From: Clostridia bacterium
Lineage (GTDB): Bacteria; Bacillota; Clostridia; UMGS1840
Direction: 5' to 3'
NCBI GenBank assembly: GCA_017468465.1
Contig: JAFUIN010000023.1
Span: 5,080 to 69,079, forward strand
DNA: 64,000 bases
Below are positions 8,748 to 17,408 of the stretch, one piece after another. A program made the translations under genes and the position numbers. A model generated the notes under the pieces. The model was given only the letters and a program-made list of their open reading frames with translations. It did no database searches and was not told where the DNA came from. Each line of letters starts with the position of its first letter. The first letter of the stretch is position 1.

Positions 8748-10919
8748 TTGAATCATAGAGAACAGCCCATTACCGAGACCTTACGAACCAACTATATGCC
8801 CTATGCTATGAGTGTGATTATTTCTCGTGCCATTCCGGAAATAGACGGTTTTAAGCCCTCTCACCGAAAGCTGTTATACACCATGTATAAAATGGGACTC
8901 TTAAATTCCCAAAAGATAAAGTCTGCCAATGTTGTGGGCAGAACCATGCAGTTAAACCCTCACGGAGATGCAGCAATATATGAAACCATGGTTCGTCTCA
9001 CCCGCGGAAACGGCGCTTTGCTTCATCCGCTGGTGGACTCCAAAGGAAACTTCGGGAAAGTATATTCTAGAGATATGGCATATGCTGCTTCCCGTTACAC
9101 AGAAGTAAAGCTGGACCCTATCTGCAACGAGCTGTTCCGTGATATCGACTCAGACACTGTTGACTTTATGGACAACTATGACGGAACCTTAAAAGAACCG
9201 GCGCTTCTCCCGGTGACCTTCCCCACCATTTTAACCGGAGCAAATCAAGGGATTGCCGTTGGAATGGCATCCAATATCTGCTCTTTTAACTTGCGGGAGG
9301 TATGTGATGCTACCATCGCTTACTTAAAAGACGAAAACGCCGATATATATGACATTATCACCGCACCGGATTTCCCCACCGGAGGAACCATTATCTGCGA
9401 ACCCGAAGCAATGAAGGAAATTCTTGCCACCGGGCGCGGTTCTTTCAAAATCCGCGGTTCTTATGAATACAACAAAAAAGAGCATTTAATTGAAATCAAA
9501 GAAATTCCATACACCACCACGTCGGAAGCGATTATCGACAAAATTGTGGACAACATCAAAAACGGAAAACTCAACAAAGAAATTGCCGATGTTCGTGATG
9601 AAACCGACCTGAGCGGTCTGAAAATCACCATCGACTTAAAACGTGGGGTTGACCCGGATGCCTTGATGCTGAAACTTTATAAGATGACTCCCCTGCAGGA
9701 TAGCTTTGGCTGTAACTTTAATTTAATTGTGGGCAACGAACCGGATGTATACGGTGTGGGCGGAATCATTCACGAATGGTCCAAATTCCGTATCAACTGT
9801 GTGAAACGCAGACTGTTATACGAGATTAAAAAGAAATCTGCAAAGCTTCACCTGCTGGAAGGTCTGAAGAAAATTCTTCTGGATTTGGACAAAGCCATTG
9901 CCATCATTCGCGGAACCGAAGATGACGCTATGGTTGTTCCCAATTTAATGGCAGGCTTCGGCATCGACGAGGTGCAGGCAGAATTTATTGCAGAAATCAA
10001 ATTAAGAAACTTAAACAAAAAATACATCTTAAACAGAATCGCCGATGTTGACGATTTGAAAAAAGAGTTAAAAGACCTGAAATATTCGGTAGAACACGAA
10101 GAAAAAATCAAAGAAATTATCATCGAAGAGTTGACCAAAATCAAAGACAAATACGGTATGGACAGAAAAACTACCTTTGTAGCCGAAAATGAAGTCGATC
10201 ACTACGAAGCCAATACTGTAATTGAAGACTATAACCTGAAGCTCTTTATTACCAAACAGCATTACATTAAAAAAATCCGCCTGACTTCCTTAAAAGCCGG
10301 CGGAGAGCACAAGCTGAAAGACGGTGATAAGGTAAACTTAGAAATTGATGAAACAAACTTAGGCGAAATTTTGGTATTTACCAATCACTTTAATGCCTAC
10401 AAATTGAAAATTCATGAAATTCCCGATACAAAGCTTTCCAACTTTGGAGAATATCTCCCCTCTTTGCTGGAAATGGAACCTGAGGAAGTTCCCGTTCAGC
10501 TTTTCACCACGGGAGATTATAAAGGCTTCTTCCTGTTTGTGTTTGAAAACGGTAAAACTGCAAAAGTTCCCGTTTCAGCTTATCAGACCAAAACAAACAG
10601 AAAGCGACTGATCAAAGCGTATTCCAACGCCTCCCCTGTTGTCAGAATTTTCAAGCTGCAGGAAGATACCGATTTAGCACTGTTCTCCAATATGGATAAA
10701 GCATTGGTGGTAAACACATCGTTAATCAACTTAAAAACCACCCGTGACACCATCGGCGTGCAGACCATGAGACTGAAAAACGCAAAAATTAAAAAAGCGG
10801 CTCTGTTGACCGAAACCCGCATCAAAGAGCCGGAATATTATTTAGGCAAAACCATTCCATTAAGCGGATGCTCACTGCGAATGGAAGACAAAGGCTTCAA
10901 ACAGCTGAAATTATTCTAA
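8748..10919 (+). CDS. Type IIA topoisomerase subunit A (ParC/GyrA family, probably topo IV-like)
   Basis: RAIPEIDGFKP, PHGD, GNFG, AASRYTE (catalytic Tyr), GIAVGMA, PDFPTGG; short C-terminal domain without a recognisable GyrA-box. Confidence 0.92.
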   Translation: MNHREQPITETLRTNYMPYAMSVIISRAIPEIDGFKPSHRKLLYTMYKMGLLNSQKIKSANVVGRTMQLNPHGDAAIYETMVRLTRGNGALLHPLVDSKGNFGKVYSRDMAYAASRYTEVKLDPICNELFRDIDSDTVDFMDNYDGTLKEPALLPVTFPTILTGANQGIAVGMASNICSFNLREVCDATIAYLKDENADIYDIITAPDFPTGGTIICEPEAMKEILATGRGSFKIRGSYEYNKKEHLIEIKEIPYTTTSEAIIDKIVDNIKNGKLNKEIADVRDETDLSGLKITIDLKRGVDPDALMLKLYKMTPLQDSFGCNFNLIVGNEPDVYGVGGIIHEWSKFRINCVKRRLLYEIKKKSAKLHLLEGLKKILLDLDKAIAIIRGTEDDAMVVPNLMAGFGIDEVQAEFIAEIKLRNLNKKYILNRIADVDDLKKELKDLKYSVEHEEKIKEIIIEELTKIKDKYGMDRKTTFVAENEVDHYEANTVIEDYNLKLFITKQHYIKKIRLTSLKAGGEHKLKDGDKVNLEIDETNLGEILVFTNHFNAYKLKIHEIPDTKLSNFGEYLPSLLEMEPEEVPVQLFTTGDYKGFFLFVFENGKTAKVPVSAYQTKTNRKRLIKAYSNASPVVRIFKLQEDTDLALFSNMDKALVVNTSLINLKTTRDTIGVQTMRLKNAKIKKAALLTETRIKEPEYYLGKTIPLSGCSLRMEDKGFKQLKLF

Positions 10920-10962
10920 GCTGTTTCGCCCGCATCATAAATGAAAGAAAAGGAAATGAATT

Positions 10963-12057
10963 ATGAAACTTGGAATCGTAGGACTTCCCAATGTCGGAAA
11001 ATCCACTTTATTTAACGCAATCACAAAAGCAGGTGCAGAAGCGCAGAACTATCCCTTTTGCACCATCGAACCAAATGTTGGTATTGTAACGGTACCCGAC
11101 CCCCGTTTGGACGTTTTAACCAAAATGTATAACTCCAAAAAAACCGTTCCCGCAATTATCGAATTTGTTGACATTGCCGGCTTGGTAAAAGGTGCCAGCA
11201 AGGGCGAAGGTTTGGGAAACAAATTTTTATCGCACATTTGTGAAGTAGACGCTGTCATTCACGTGGTAAGATGCTTTGAAAACACAAACATTGTGCATGT
11301 GGAAGGTTCAGTTGACCCTGCCCGTGATATTGAAATTATCAATATGGAATTGATTTTTGCCGATTTAGATTCCATTGACAGAAGAATCGAACGTGCCACC
11401 AAACAGCTGAAGGGTGATAAAAAATATCAAGTAGAAATTGATGTATTAAAACACTTAAAAGAAGAAATGGAAACGGGCAAAACTGCCCGTGAGGTTGGTC
11501 TTTCCGACGAAGAAAAAGAACTGTTAAAAGACTTGTCTCTCTTAACCTTGAAACCGGTTATCTACGCTGCAAACCTGTCGGAAGAAGATTTGAAACAAGG
11601 CGGCGAATCAAATGAATATTTCAAGCTTTTAACCGAGCTGGCAAAAAAAGAAAACGCCAGTGTTATCCCTGTTTCTGCACAGATTGAAGCAGAAATATCT
11701 GAACTGGACGACGAAGAAAAGGCAATGTTTTTGGAAGAACTTGGATTGGCGCAATCCGGTCTGGACCGGCTGATTCAGGCAAGCTATTCCCTCTTGGGTC
11801 TTATTTCTTACTTAACCGCCGGTGAACCGGAAACCAGAGCCTGGACCATTGTAAAAGGAACCAAAGCACCCGGTGCTGCCGGCAAAATCCATTCCGACTT
11901 TGAACGTGGCTTTATCCGTGCAGAAGTAATCGGATATGACGAACTTATCGAAGCAGGCTCTATGACCGCTGCAAAAGAAAAAGGCTGGGTTCGTTCCGAA
12001 GGAAAAGAATATGTGGTAAAAGACGGCGACATTATTTTGTTCCGTTTCAATGTGTAA
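10963..12057 (+). CDS. ychF: Redox-regulated Obg-family ATPase YchF
   Basis: GIVGLPNVGKSTLFNA, NYPFCTIEPN, DIAGLVKGAS.GEGLGNKFL, IHSDFERGFIRAE. Confidence 0.97.
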   Translation: MKLGIVGLPNVGKSTLFNAITKAGAEAQNYPFCTIEPNVGIVTVPDPRLDVLTKMYNSKKTVPAIIEFVDIAGLVKGASKGEGLGNKFLSHICEVDAVIHVVRCFENTNIVHVEGSVDPARDIEIINMELIFADLDSIDRRIERATKQLKGDKKYQVEIDVLKHLKEEMETGKTAREVGLSDEEKELLKDLSLLTLKPVIYAANLSEEDLKQGGESNEYFKLLTELAKKENASVIPVSAQIEAEISELDDEEKAMFLEELGLAQSGLDRLIQASYSLLGLISYLTAGEPETRAWTIVKGTKAPGAAGKIHSDFERGFIRAEVIGYDELIEAGSMTAAKEKGWVRSEGKEYVVKDGDIILFRFNV

Positions 12058-12070
12058 AGGATTTTCATTT

Positions 12071-13207
12071 ATGTATCAACTGTTAAAACAAGAAGGCGAA
12101 GCCAGACGCGGCGAATTCAAAACCGTACACGGCACGGTGCAAACCCCCGTGTTTATGAATGTGGGAACAGCTGCCGCAATTAAAGGTGCCGTTTCTGCAT
12201 TGGACTTAAAAGACATCGGCTGTCAGGTTGAGCTTTCCAATACTTATCATTTGCATCTTCGCCCCGGAGATACCATTATCAAACAAATGGGGGGACTTCA
12301 CAAATTTATGAACTGGGACCGCCCCATTCTTACCGATAGCGGCGGATTTCAGATTTTTTCGCTCGCCAAGCTTCGTAAAATTCAGGAAGAAGGAGTTACC
12401 TTTGCCTCTCACATCGACGGACGTCGTATTTTTATGGGGCCGGAGCAATCGATGCAGATTCAGTCCAATCTGGGTTCTACCATTGCTATGGCATTTGACG
12501 AGTGTGTAGAGAACCCGTCCACCCACAGCTATGTAGAACGTTCTGCAGCAATGACGGTCAGATGGCTGGAACGCTGCAAAAAAGAAATGGCACGGCTCAA
12601 TTCCCTGCCCGACACCGTGAATCCCAATCAACTGTTGTTTGGCATCAACCAGGGCGGCATTTACGAGGACATCCGTGTGGAGCATATGAAGCAAATTACC
12701 GATATGAATTTAGACGGTTATGCCATTGGCGGTCTTGCAGTAGGCGAAACTCACGAAGAAATGTATCGCATTATTGAGGCAGTGATGCCCTATATGCCAA
12801 AAGAAAAACCCCGCTATTTAATGGGTGTTGGAACGCCGGGCAACATATTGAACGCTGTGGCAAGAGGTGTGGATTTCTTCGACTGTGTGATGCCTGCAAG
12901 AAACGCACGTCACGCATCTATTTATACCAAAAACGGCATTATGCACCTGATGAACAAAAAATATGAGACGGATGACCGTCCCATCGACGAGCAATGCAAC
13001 TGCCCCACCTGCCGCAATTTCTCCAGAGCATATATCAGACACCTGTTCAAAGCAAAAGAAATGCTTGCAATGCGGCTTTGCGTGATGCACAACCTATATT
13101 TTTACAACGAATTGATGGCTGACATCCGTCATCATATTGAAGAAGGAACTTTCACCAAATTCTATCTGGAAAAAGCACCTTTATACGATAATCATATCCA
13201 GGAATGA
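12071..13207 (+). CDS. tgt: Queuine tRNA-ribosyltransferase
   Basis: TPVFMNVGT, NTYHLHLRPG, TDSGGFQ, GGLAVGE, YLMGVG, CNCPTC zinc site; start placed at MYQLL (12071). Confidence 0.96.
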   Translation: MYQLLKQEGEARRGEFKTVHGTVQTPVFMNVGTAAAIKGAVSALDLKDIGCQVELSNTYHLHLRPGDTIIKQMGGLHKFMNWDRPILTDSGGFQIFSLAKLRKIQEEGVTFASHIDGRRIFMGPEQSMQIQSNLGSTIAMAFDECVENPSTHSYVERSAAMTVRWLERCKKEMARLNSLPDTVNPNQLLFGINQGGIYEDIRVEHMKQITDMNLDGYAIGGLAVGETHEEMYRIIEAVMPYMPKEKPRYLMGVGTPGNILNAVARGVDFFDCVMPARNARHASIYTKNGIMHLMNKKYETDDRPIDEQCNCPTCRNFSRAYIRHLFKAKEMLAMRLCVMHNLYFYNELMADIRHHIEEGTFTKFYLEKAPLYDNHIQE

Positions 13208-13218
13208 GGAATATAAAG

Positions 13219-13989
13219 ATGGAAGAAATGAAAAAATTTAACGAAAACGAAAGAATTGAAGATAAAATTGAAGGCAGAAACCCTGTGCTGGAAGCTTTGA
13301 AAGCAGATACGGAAATTGATAAAATTTACGTGATGAATCACTTCAAAGACCCCATTCTCTATCAAATTGTAAAGCTTGCCAACCAGAAAAAAATTCCGGT
13401 TTCCCGTGTGGAAAAAGGCAAACTGGACCGGATGAGCGAAGTGAAAAACCATCAAGGTGTCATTGCTTCGGTATCCCAGGCAAAATACGTTTCTGTACAG
13501 GAAATCCTGGAATCAGCTTATGAAAAAGGAAAAAATCCTTTCCTTGTTATTTTAGACGGCATTGAGGACACCCACAATTTAGGCGCCATTGTCCGTTCGG
13601 CAGAATGTGCCGGCTGTGACGGAGTCATCATTCCAAAACGCCGTGCTGCAGGGGTAAACAGCGGTGCCTATAAGGCGTCTGCCGGTGCAGTAAATTATAT
13701 GAAAATTGCCAGAGTCACCAACTTAAACTCCACCATTTTGGAGCTAAAAGAACAGGGCGTGTTGATTGTAGGCACCGATGCCTCTGCCAATATGTCTTAC
13801 AAAGACCCGGACCTGACTGTTCCCCTTGCCATTGTAATCGGTTCGGAAGGGTACGGAATGAGTGAACACGTAAAGCAAAAATGTGACACTTTGGTGAGTC
13901 TTCCTATTTTAGGACAAGTGAATTCCTTAAACGCATCGGTTTGTGCAGGCATTATGATTTACGAAGCACTGAACCAAAGAATGAAATAA
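13219..13989 (+). CDS. rlmB: 23S rRNA (G2251) 2'-O-methyltransferase
   Basis: EGRNPVLEAL, HQGVIA, D.HNLGAIVRSA, GSEG.G, SLNASV; start at MEEMKK after GAGGA. Confidence 0.9.
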   Translation: MEEMKKFNENERIEDKIEGRNPVLEALKADTEIDKIYVMNHFKDPILYQIVKLANQKKIPVSRVEKGKLDRMSEVKNHQGVIASVSQAKYVSVQEILESAYEKGKNPFLVILDGIEDTHNLGAIVRSAECAGCDGVIIPKRRAAGVNSGAYKASAGAVNYMKIARVTNLNSTILELKEQGVLIVGTDASANMSYKDPDLTVPLAIVIGSEGYGMSEHVKQKCDTLVSLPILGQVNSLNASVCAGIMIYEALNQRMK

Positions 13990-14003
13990 CATTACTTTAC
14001 ATT

Positions 14004-14046
14004 AAAAATCAGAGCTGCCTTACTTTGCAAGACAGCTCTGTTTTTT
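14004..14046. terminator. Bidirectional intrinsic terminator
   Basis: CAGAGCTG...CAGCTCTG stem flanked by A- and T-runs between convergent genes. Confidence 0.75.
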
Positions 14047-16021
14047 ATTCTGTTTTTTTCTGAAGCTTTGGTAAAATCACATGACGGATTAACATTACAA
14101 TTCCAATCAATACGGCAGAAACCAATATGCCGCACAAAAGACCGTTGACTACCCGAAGCAAGCTTACTGTCACCGCAGTAAACGTATGGCAGAAAGTGTT
14201 TAACAAAGAAGTAAACAACACTGTGGCGAAAATTCCACAAAGAATTTTCCATTCTGTTTTAACATTTGTGACTCCAAAATAAAGGAACAAGGCAAATGCC
14301 GGATATCCGAACAAAAATTCTTTGAATCGGGGACGAATGTAAAACACATCGGTAAGCCATTTTCTGAAGCTGTCTTCCATGGGTAAAATCAAGTTGGATT
14401 TTCCACTGCGGATTAAATAATATACCAATCCCAAAAGAATCACCACTCCAATCGGAATCAATATCCATTTATTTACCTGTTTCATCCAACTCCACATTGC
14501 CTTGGGAAGTTCTTTCAGAGAAATGTTGTCTCTGTGGTAGATCATGTACGCATTACATATGGTTACCAAAATAGGCAACAACAAACTGATTTTCACACCG
14601 TAGAAAAAGGCTGTAGAGGTGTAAAATTCGATGCCTCCCAATAAAGCTGCAATGCTGATGATTGCGCAAAGCAGTATCCCAAACGTTGCACCGAGAATGA
14701 AAAACAGCTTTGTCTTACCGTTCATATGTTTATCCAGATAATATATCAAAACTGTCAGTAAAAAGCAAGCAAACAGCATAATCGCCAAAGCATAAAATGC
14801 TGCTAAATATTCTGAAAACGCATAGGAAGCAATGACAGATACAATCATTAGTCCAAAATAGCTTTCTGTGAAATAGACAGGTGTTTTCCGAAGGAAAAAC
14901 AAAAGATATAAGTACAAAAATGTCAATGCAAGAATTCCACCTGCCATCACCATGGTATTTTGAGAATACGGATATGGCATTTTTTCGCGGGAGGAGGTGA
15001 CCTCATACCCTCTCATGGAACTTGTAAAATCAGAAATCGCTTTTGCAGTTAGGTTAAAATTGGTTTCTAAGTCAACATCCGGATTTTCTAAAAGATTGGT
15101 ATGAATAAAGGTAGTATTTCGCTCGATCGCCGAGTTGAACCACTGATAATAGCGATAGCGGTACAATGACTGGTCGTGCGGCACTAACTTGTCCATATGA
15201 AATCCGCGAACTGTGTTATATTTCATAACCGAAAAGAAATCGTCATACAAATACGGGTGTTCATTTCCGATTTGATTTTCGTTTTCCCACAATACCAAGG
15301 TAAAGTCCATGGTTCGCAAGGTTGCCTTCATTTCGTCGGACAGCGGTTGTTTATTATCGTGGGGATTGTTCCTTAAAATTACAAAAGAAACACTGTTAGA
15401 ATTGACAAACTCATTAAAATATTTGGGATATATGGGGTTTTCAAAGGTGTAAGACGGATAGAACACCGCCGCTTTCATCCCAACACTTTCCACCAATGCC
15501 AAATCGAGATAATCATAGCCCACAATTAAATCGTTATGATGGGTCAGGCTTTGAAATGCAAACACCATGGTTTCGCCATCTTCCAGAAAACGATTGGTAT
15601 AATCGGTGTACCGATAAGAAAGCTCCAGACTCATAAATTCTCTTAAGGAGGAATCGCGAACCACGGCAACCAGATTATCCGACTTCATGGGATAATCGCC
15701 CAATGCTTCCCGAATCTGACGGGAGATATCATCCTCGTTGATAAACAAAGAGGAGTAAGTTATCAGCTCTAACCGTCCGTCTTGGTTAAGACTTTTTATT
15801 GTCAGTGGCTCCAATGTTACAACATCTGCACCGGCATCCTGTAATATACCAAGCGCTTCTTGTGTATTTTTTCCCTGCTGCTTCAGATTGGTCATATCTG
15901 CCGAAACAAAAATATTGCGGCTGCCGGTTTCGTATACAATTCTTTGAGTAAAGCCGGTCAATAAAATCAAGGTCATGACCACTGCCACCAGACCGGCAAT
16001 CCAAATCCGTTCCTTTTTCAT
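14045..16021 (-). CDS. DUF5693-like polytopic membrane protein
   Basis: Signal/TM helix, soluble domain with SAIERN, then multi-TM region with GVKISL, YLIRSG, RPRFKEFLFGYPA and NTFCH motifs recalled from DUF5693. Confidence 0.7.
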   Translation of the reverse strand: MKKERIWIAGLVAVVMTLILLTGFTQRIVYETGSRNIFVSADMTNLKQQGKNTQEALGILQDAGADVVTLEPLTIKSLNQDGRLELITYSSLFINEDDISRQIREALGDYPMKSDNLVAVVRDSSLREFMSLELSYRYTDYTNRFLEDGETMVFAFQSLTHHNDLIVGYDYLDLALVESVGMKAAVFYPSYTFENPIYPKYFNEFVNSNSVSFVILRNNPHDNKQPLSDEMKATLRTMDFTLVLWENENQIGNEHPYLYDDFFSVMKYNTVRGFHMDKLVPHDQSLYRYRYYQWFNSAIERNTTFIHTNLLENPDVDLETNFNLTAKAISDFTSSMRGYEVTSSREKMPYPYSQNTMVMAGGILALTFLYLYLLFFLRKTPVYFTESYFGLMIVSVIASYAFSEYLAAFYALAIMLFACFLLTVLIYYLDKHMNGKTKLFFILGATFGILLCAIISIAALLGGIEFYTSTAFFYGVKISLLLPILVTICNAYMIYHRDNISLKELPKAMWSWMKQVNKWILIPIGVVILLGLVYYLIRSGKSNLILPMEDSFRKWLTDVFYIRPRFKEFLFGYPAFALFLYFGVTNVKTEWKILCGIFATVLFTSLLNTFCHTFTAVTVSLLRVVNGLLCGILVSAVLIGIVMLIRHVILPKLQKKTE

Positions 16022-16087
16022 ATAAAAATCCTCTCTCATCACGAAAAAATAGCAGAGAGGATATAAAACTTCTCCGCTATTATATCA

Positions 16088-16510
16088 TTATTCGGTTACA
16101 ACGCCCTTTTTCAAAATAATGTTGGCATACAGTGCGCTTTCTCCGCTCATAATGACAGCATATGCTTTTTCGGCACGTTCATAGAATGCGTAACGTTCTA
16201 CAAATTCGATGGGTGCATCTGTATGTTTTGCCACAATTTCTTTATAAGTGTCCCAAATGGGCGTTTCCACAGTGTCACCGGGTACTTTTTCCATTAAATA
16301 TACCGGTGTTGCATAGGTATCAAGCGGGAACAGTTTCAAAATTGCTTCTAAAATTTCAGGCACATCATGACCATCCAGACGAATCAATTTGTCTCCGATT
16401 CTGGCACCGGGAAAATTGCCATCGCCAATAACGATTTCGTCGCCATGCCCCATTTCCATTAAAATTTTTAATAATTCGGGGGATAAAATTTTGGGAATTC
16501 CTTTTAACAT
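16088..16510 (-). CDS. fucU: L-fucose mutarotase, RbsD/FucU family
   Basis: MLKGIP..LSPELL..L.EMGHGDEIVI.D.NFP, ER.AFYE, GE.ALYANIILKKGV. Confidence 0.9.
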   Translation of the reverse strand: MLKGIPKILSPELLKILMEMGHGDEIVIGDGNFPGARIGDKLIRLDGHDVPEILEAILKLFPLDTYATPVYLMEKVPGDTVETPIWDTYKEIVAKHTDAPIEFVERYAFYERAEKAYAVIMSGESALYANIILKKGVVTE

Positions 16511-16558
16511 AACCAATACTCCTTTTATAGAATAGAAATTATAATACTGATTGGATAC

Positions 16559-16587
16559 AGTATATCACAAATTTTGCAATTCGTCAA
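16559..16587 (-). promoter_or_regulatory. Sigma-A promoter for fucU
   Basis: TTGACG-17 bp-TATACT with TG extension. Confidence 0.7.
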
Positions 16588-16597
16588 TAAATTCTTT

Positions 16598-17296
16598 CTA
16601 TTTTAAGAGGATTCCCGTAATCAATCCAAAAATATACATAATTTCACAGATTCTTGACTTTGAGGATTTCTTTTCCTGACGGGAAAGTTCAGCACTCAAA
16701 ACATAGAGCAAGCAGCCGGCACAAAAGCCAAAACTGAAGCTGTTACACCCCGGGCTGATATTCCCAAGAGCAGCTCCGACCATTGCAAAAAGTCCGGTGA
16801 ACACACCGCAAGACAGCGCAAAAAGAAAAATCTCGCCGAGTTTTTTGTTCCAAGTGCCACAAAAAAGAATGCCTTGCGCAGTATGGCGAATCAAAAACCC
16901 TGCAAATAAAGCTATCGCCAATTCAATATGGTTCACAAATGCCATCCCCACCGCCAGTCCCTCCGGAATATGCGGAATCAGCATACAGAATCTAAACCGT
17001 CCGTCTGGTTGTTGTTGATAACCTTTTCCCCATATGAAAACAGAACCAACCCCTCCGATCAGAAGCCCTGTGCAAGCATGGATGAATCCACCGATATCAA
17101 TGGCTACCGGTAACAAATGAAAGGTTACCGTTGCCATCATCAGTCCTGACGAAAACTCCTGAAAGCCGGAGCAGAAACTGCTGTTATCTGTGACAATTAA
17201 CTGTTTATTATGTTTTTTGATAAGCCACCCAATGATGTAACCCACCAAAATGCCCGGGGCACCTGATAAAAAACCGAAAAGAAAAACTTCTGCCAT
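16598..17296 (-). CDS. ZIP (ZupT/GufA)-family transporter-like protein, degenerate
   Basis: FSSGLM, HLLP.A, HIPEGLAVG, AG.LLYV..EL; second metal motif degenerate (HTAQG). Confidence 0.65.
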   Translation of the reverse strand: MAEVFLFGFLSGAPGILVGYIIGWLIKKHNKQLIVTDNSSFCSGFQEFSSGLMMATVTFHLLPVAIDIGGFIHACTGLLIGGVGSVFIWGKGYQQQPDGRFRFCMLIPHIPEGLAVGMAFVNHIELAIALFAGFLIRHTAQGILFCGTWNKKLGEIFLFALSCGVFTGLFAMVGAALGNISPGCNSFSFGFCAGCLLYVLSAELSRQEKKSSKSRICEIMYIFGLITGILLK

Positions 17297-17361
17297 ATAT
17301 AGAACGCTCCATTTTTTTAAATCTTACTTCACTATATGCCGAAAGCATTCATTCTAAAACA

Positions 17362-17405
17362 AAAAACTGCAGTAATACAATTCTTGAATTACTGCAGTTT
17401 TCTTT
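17362..17405 (-). terminator. Intrinsic terminator after fkp
   Basis: AAAACTGCAGTAAT...ATTACTGCAGTTTT perfect stem. Confidence 0.8.
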
Positions 17406-17408
17406 TCT

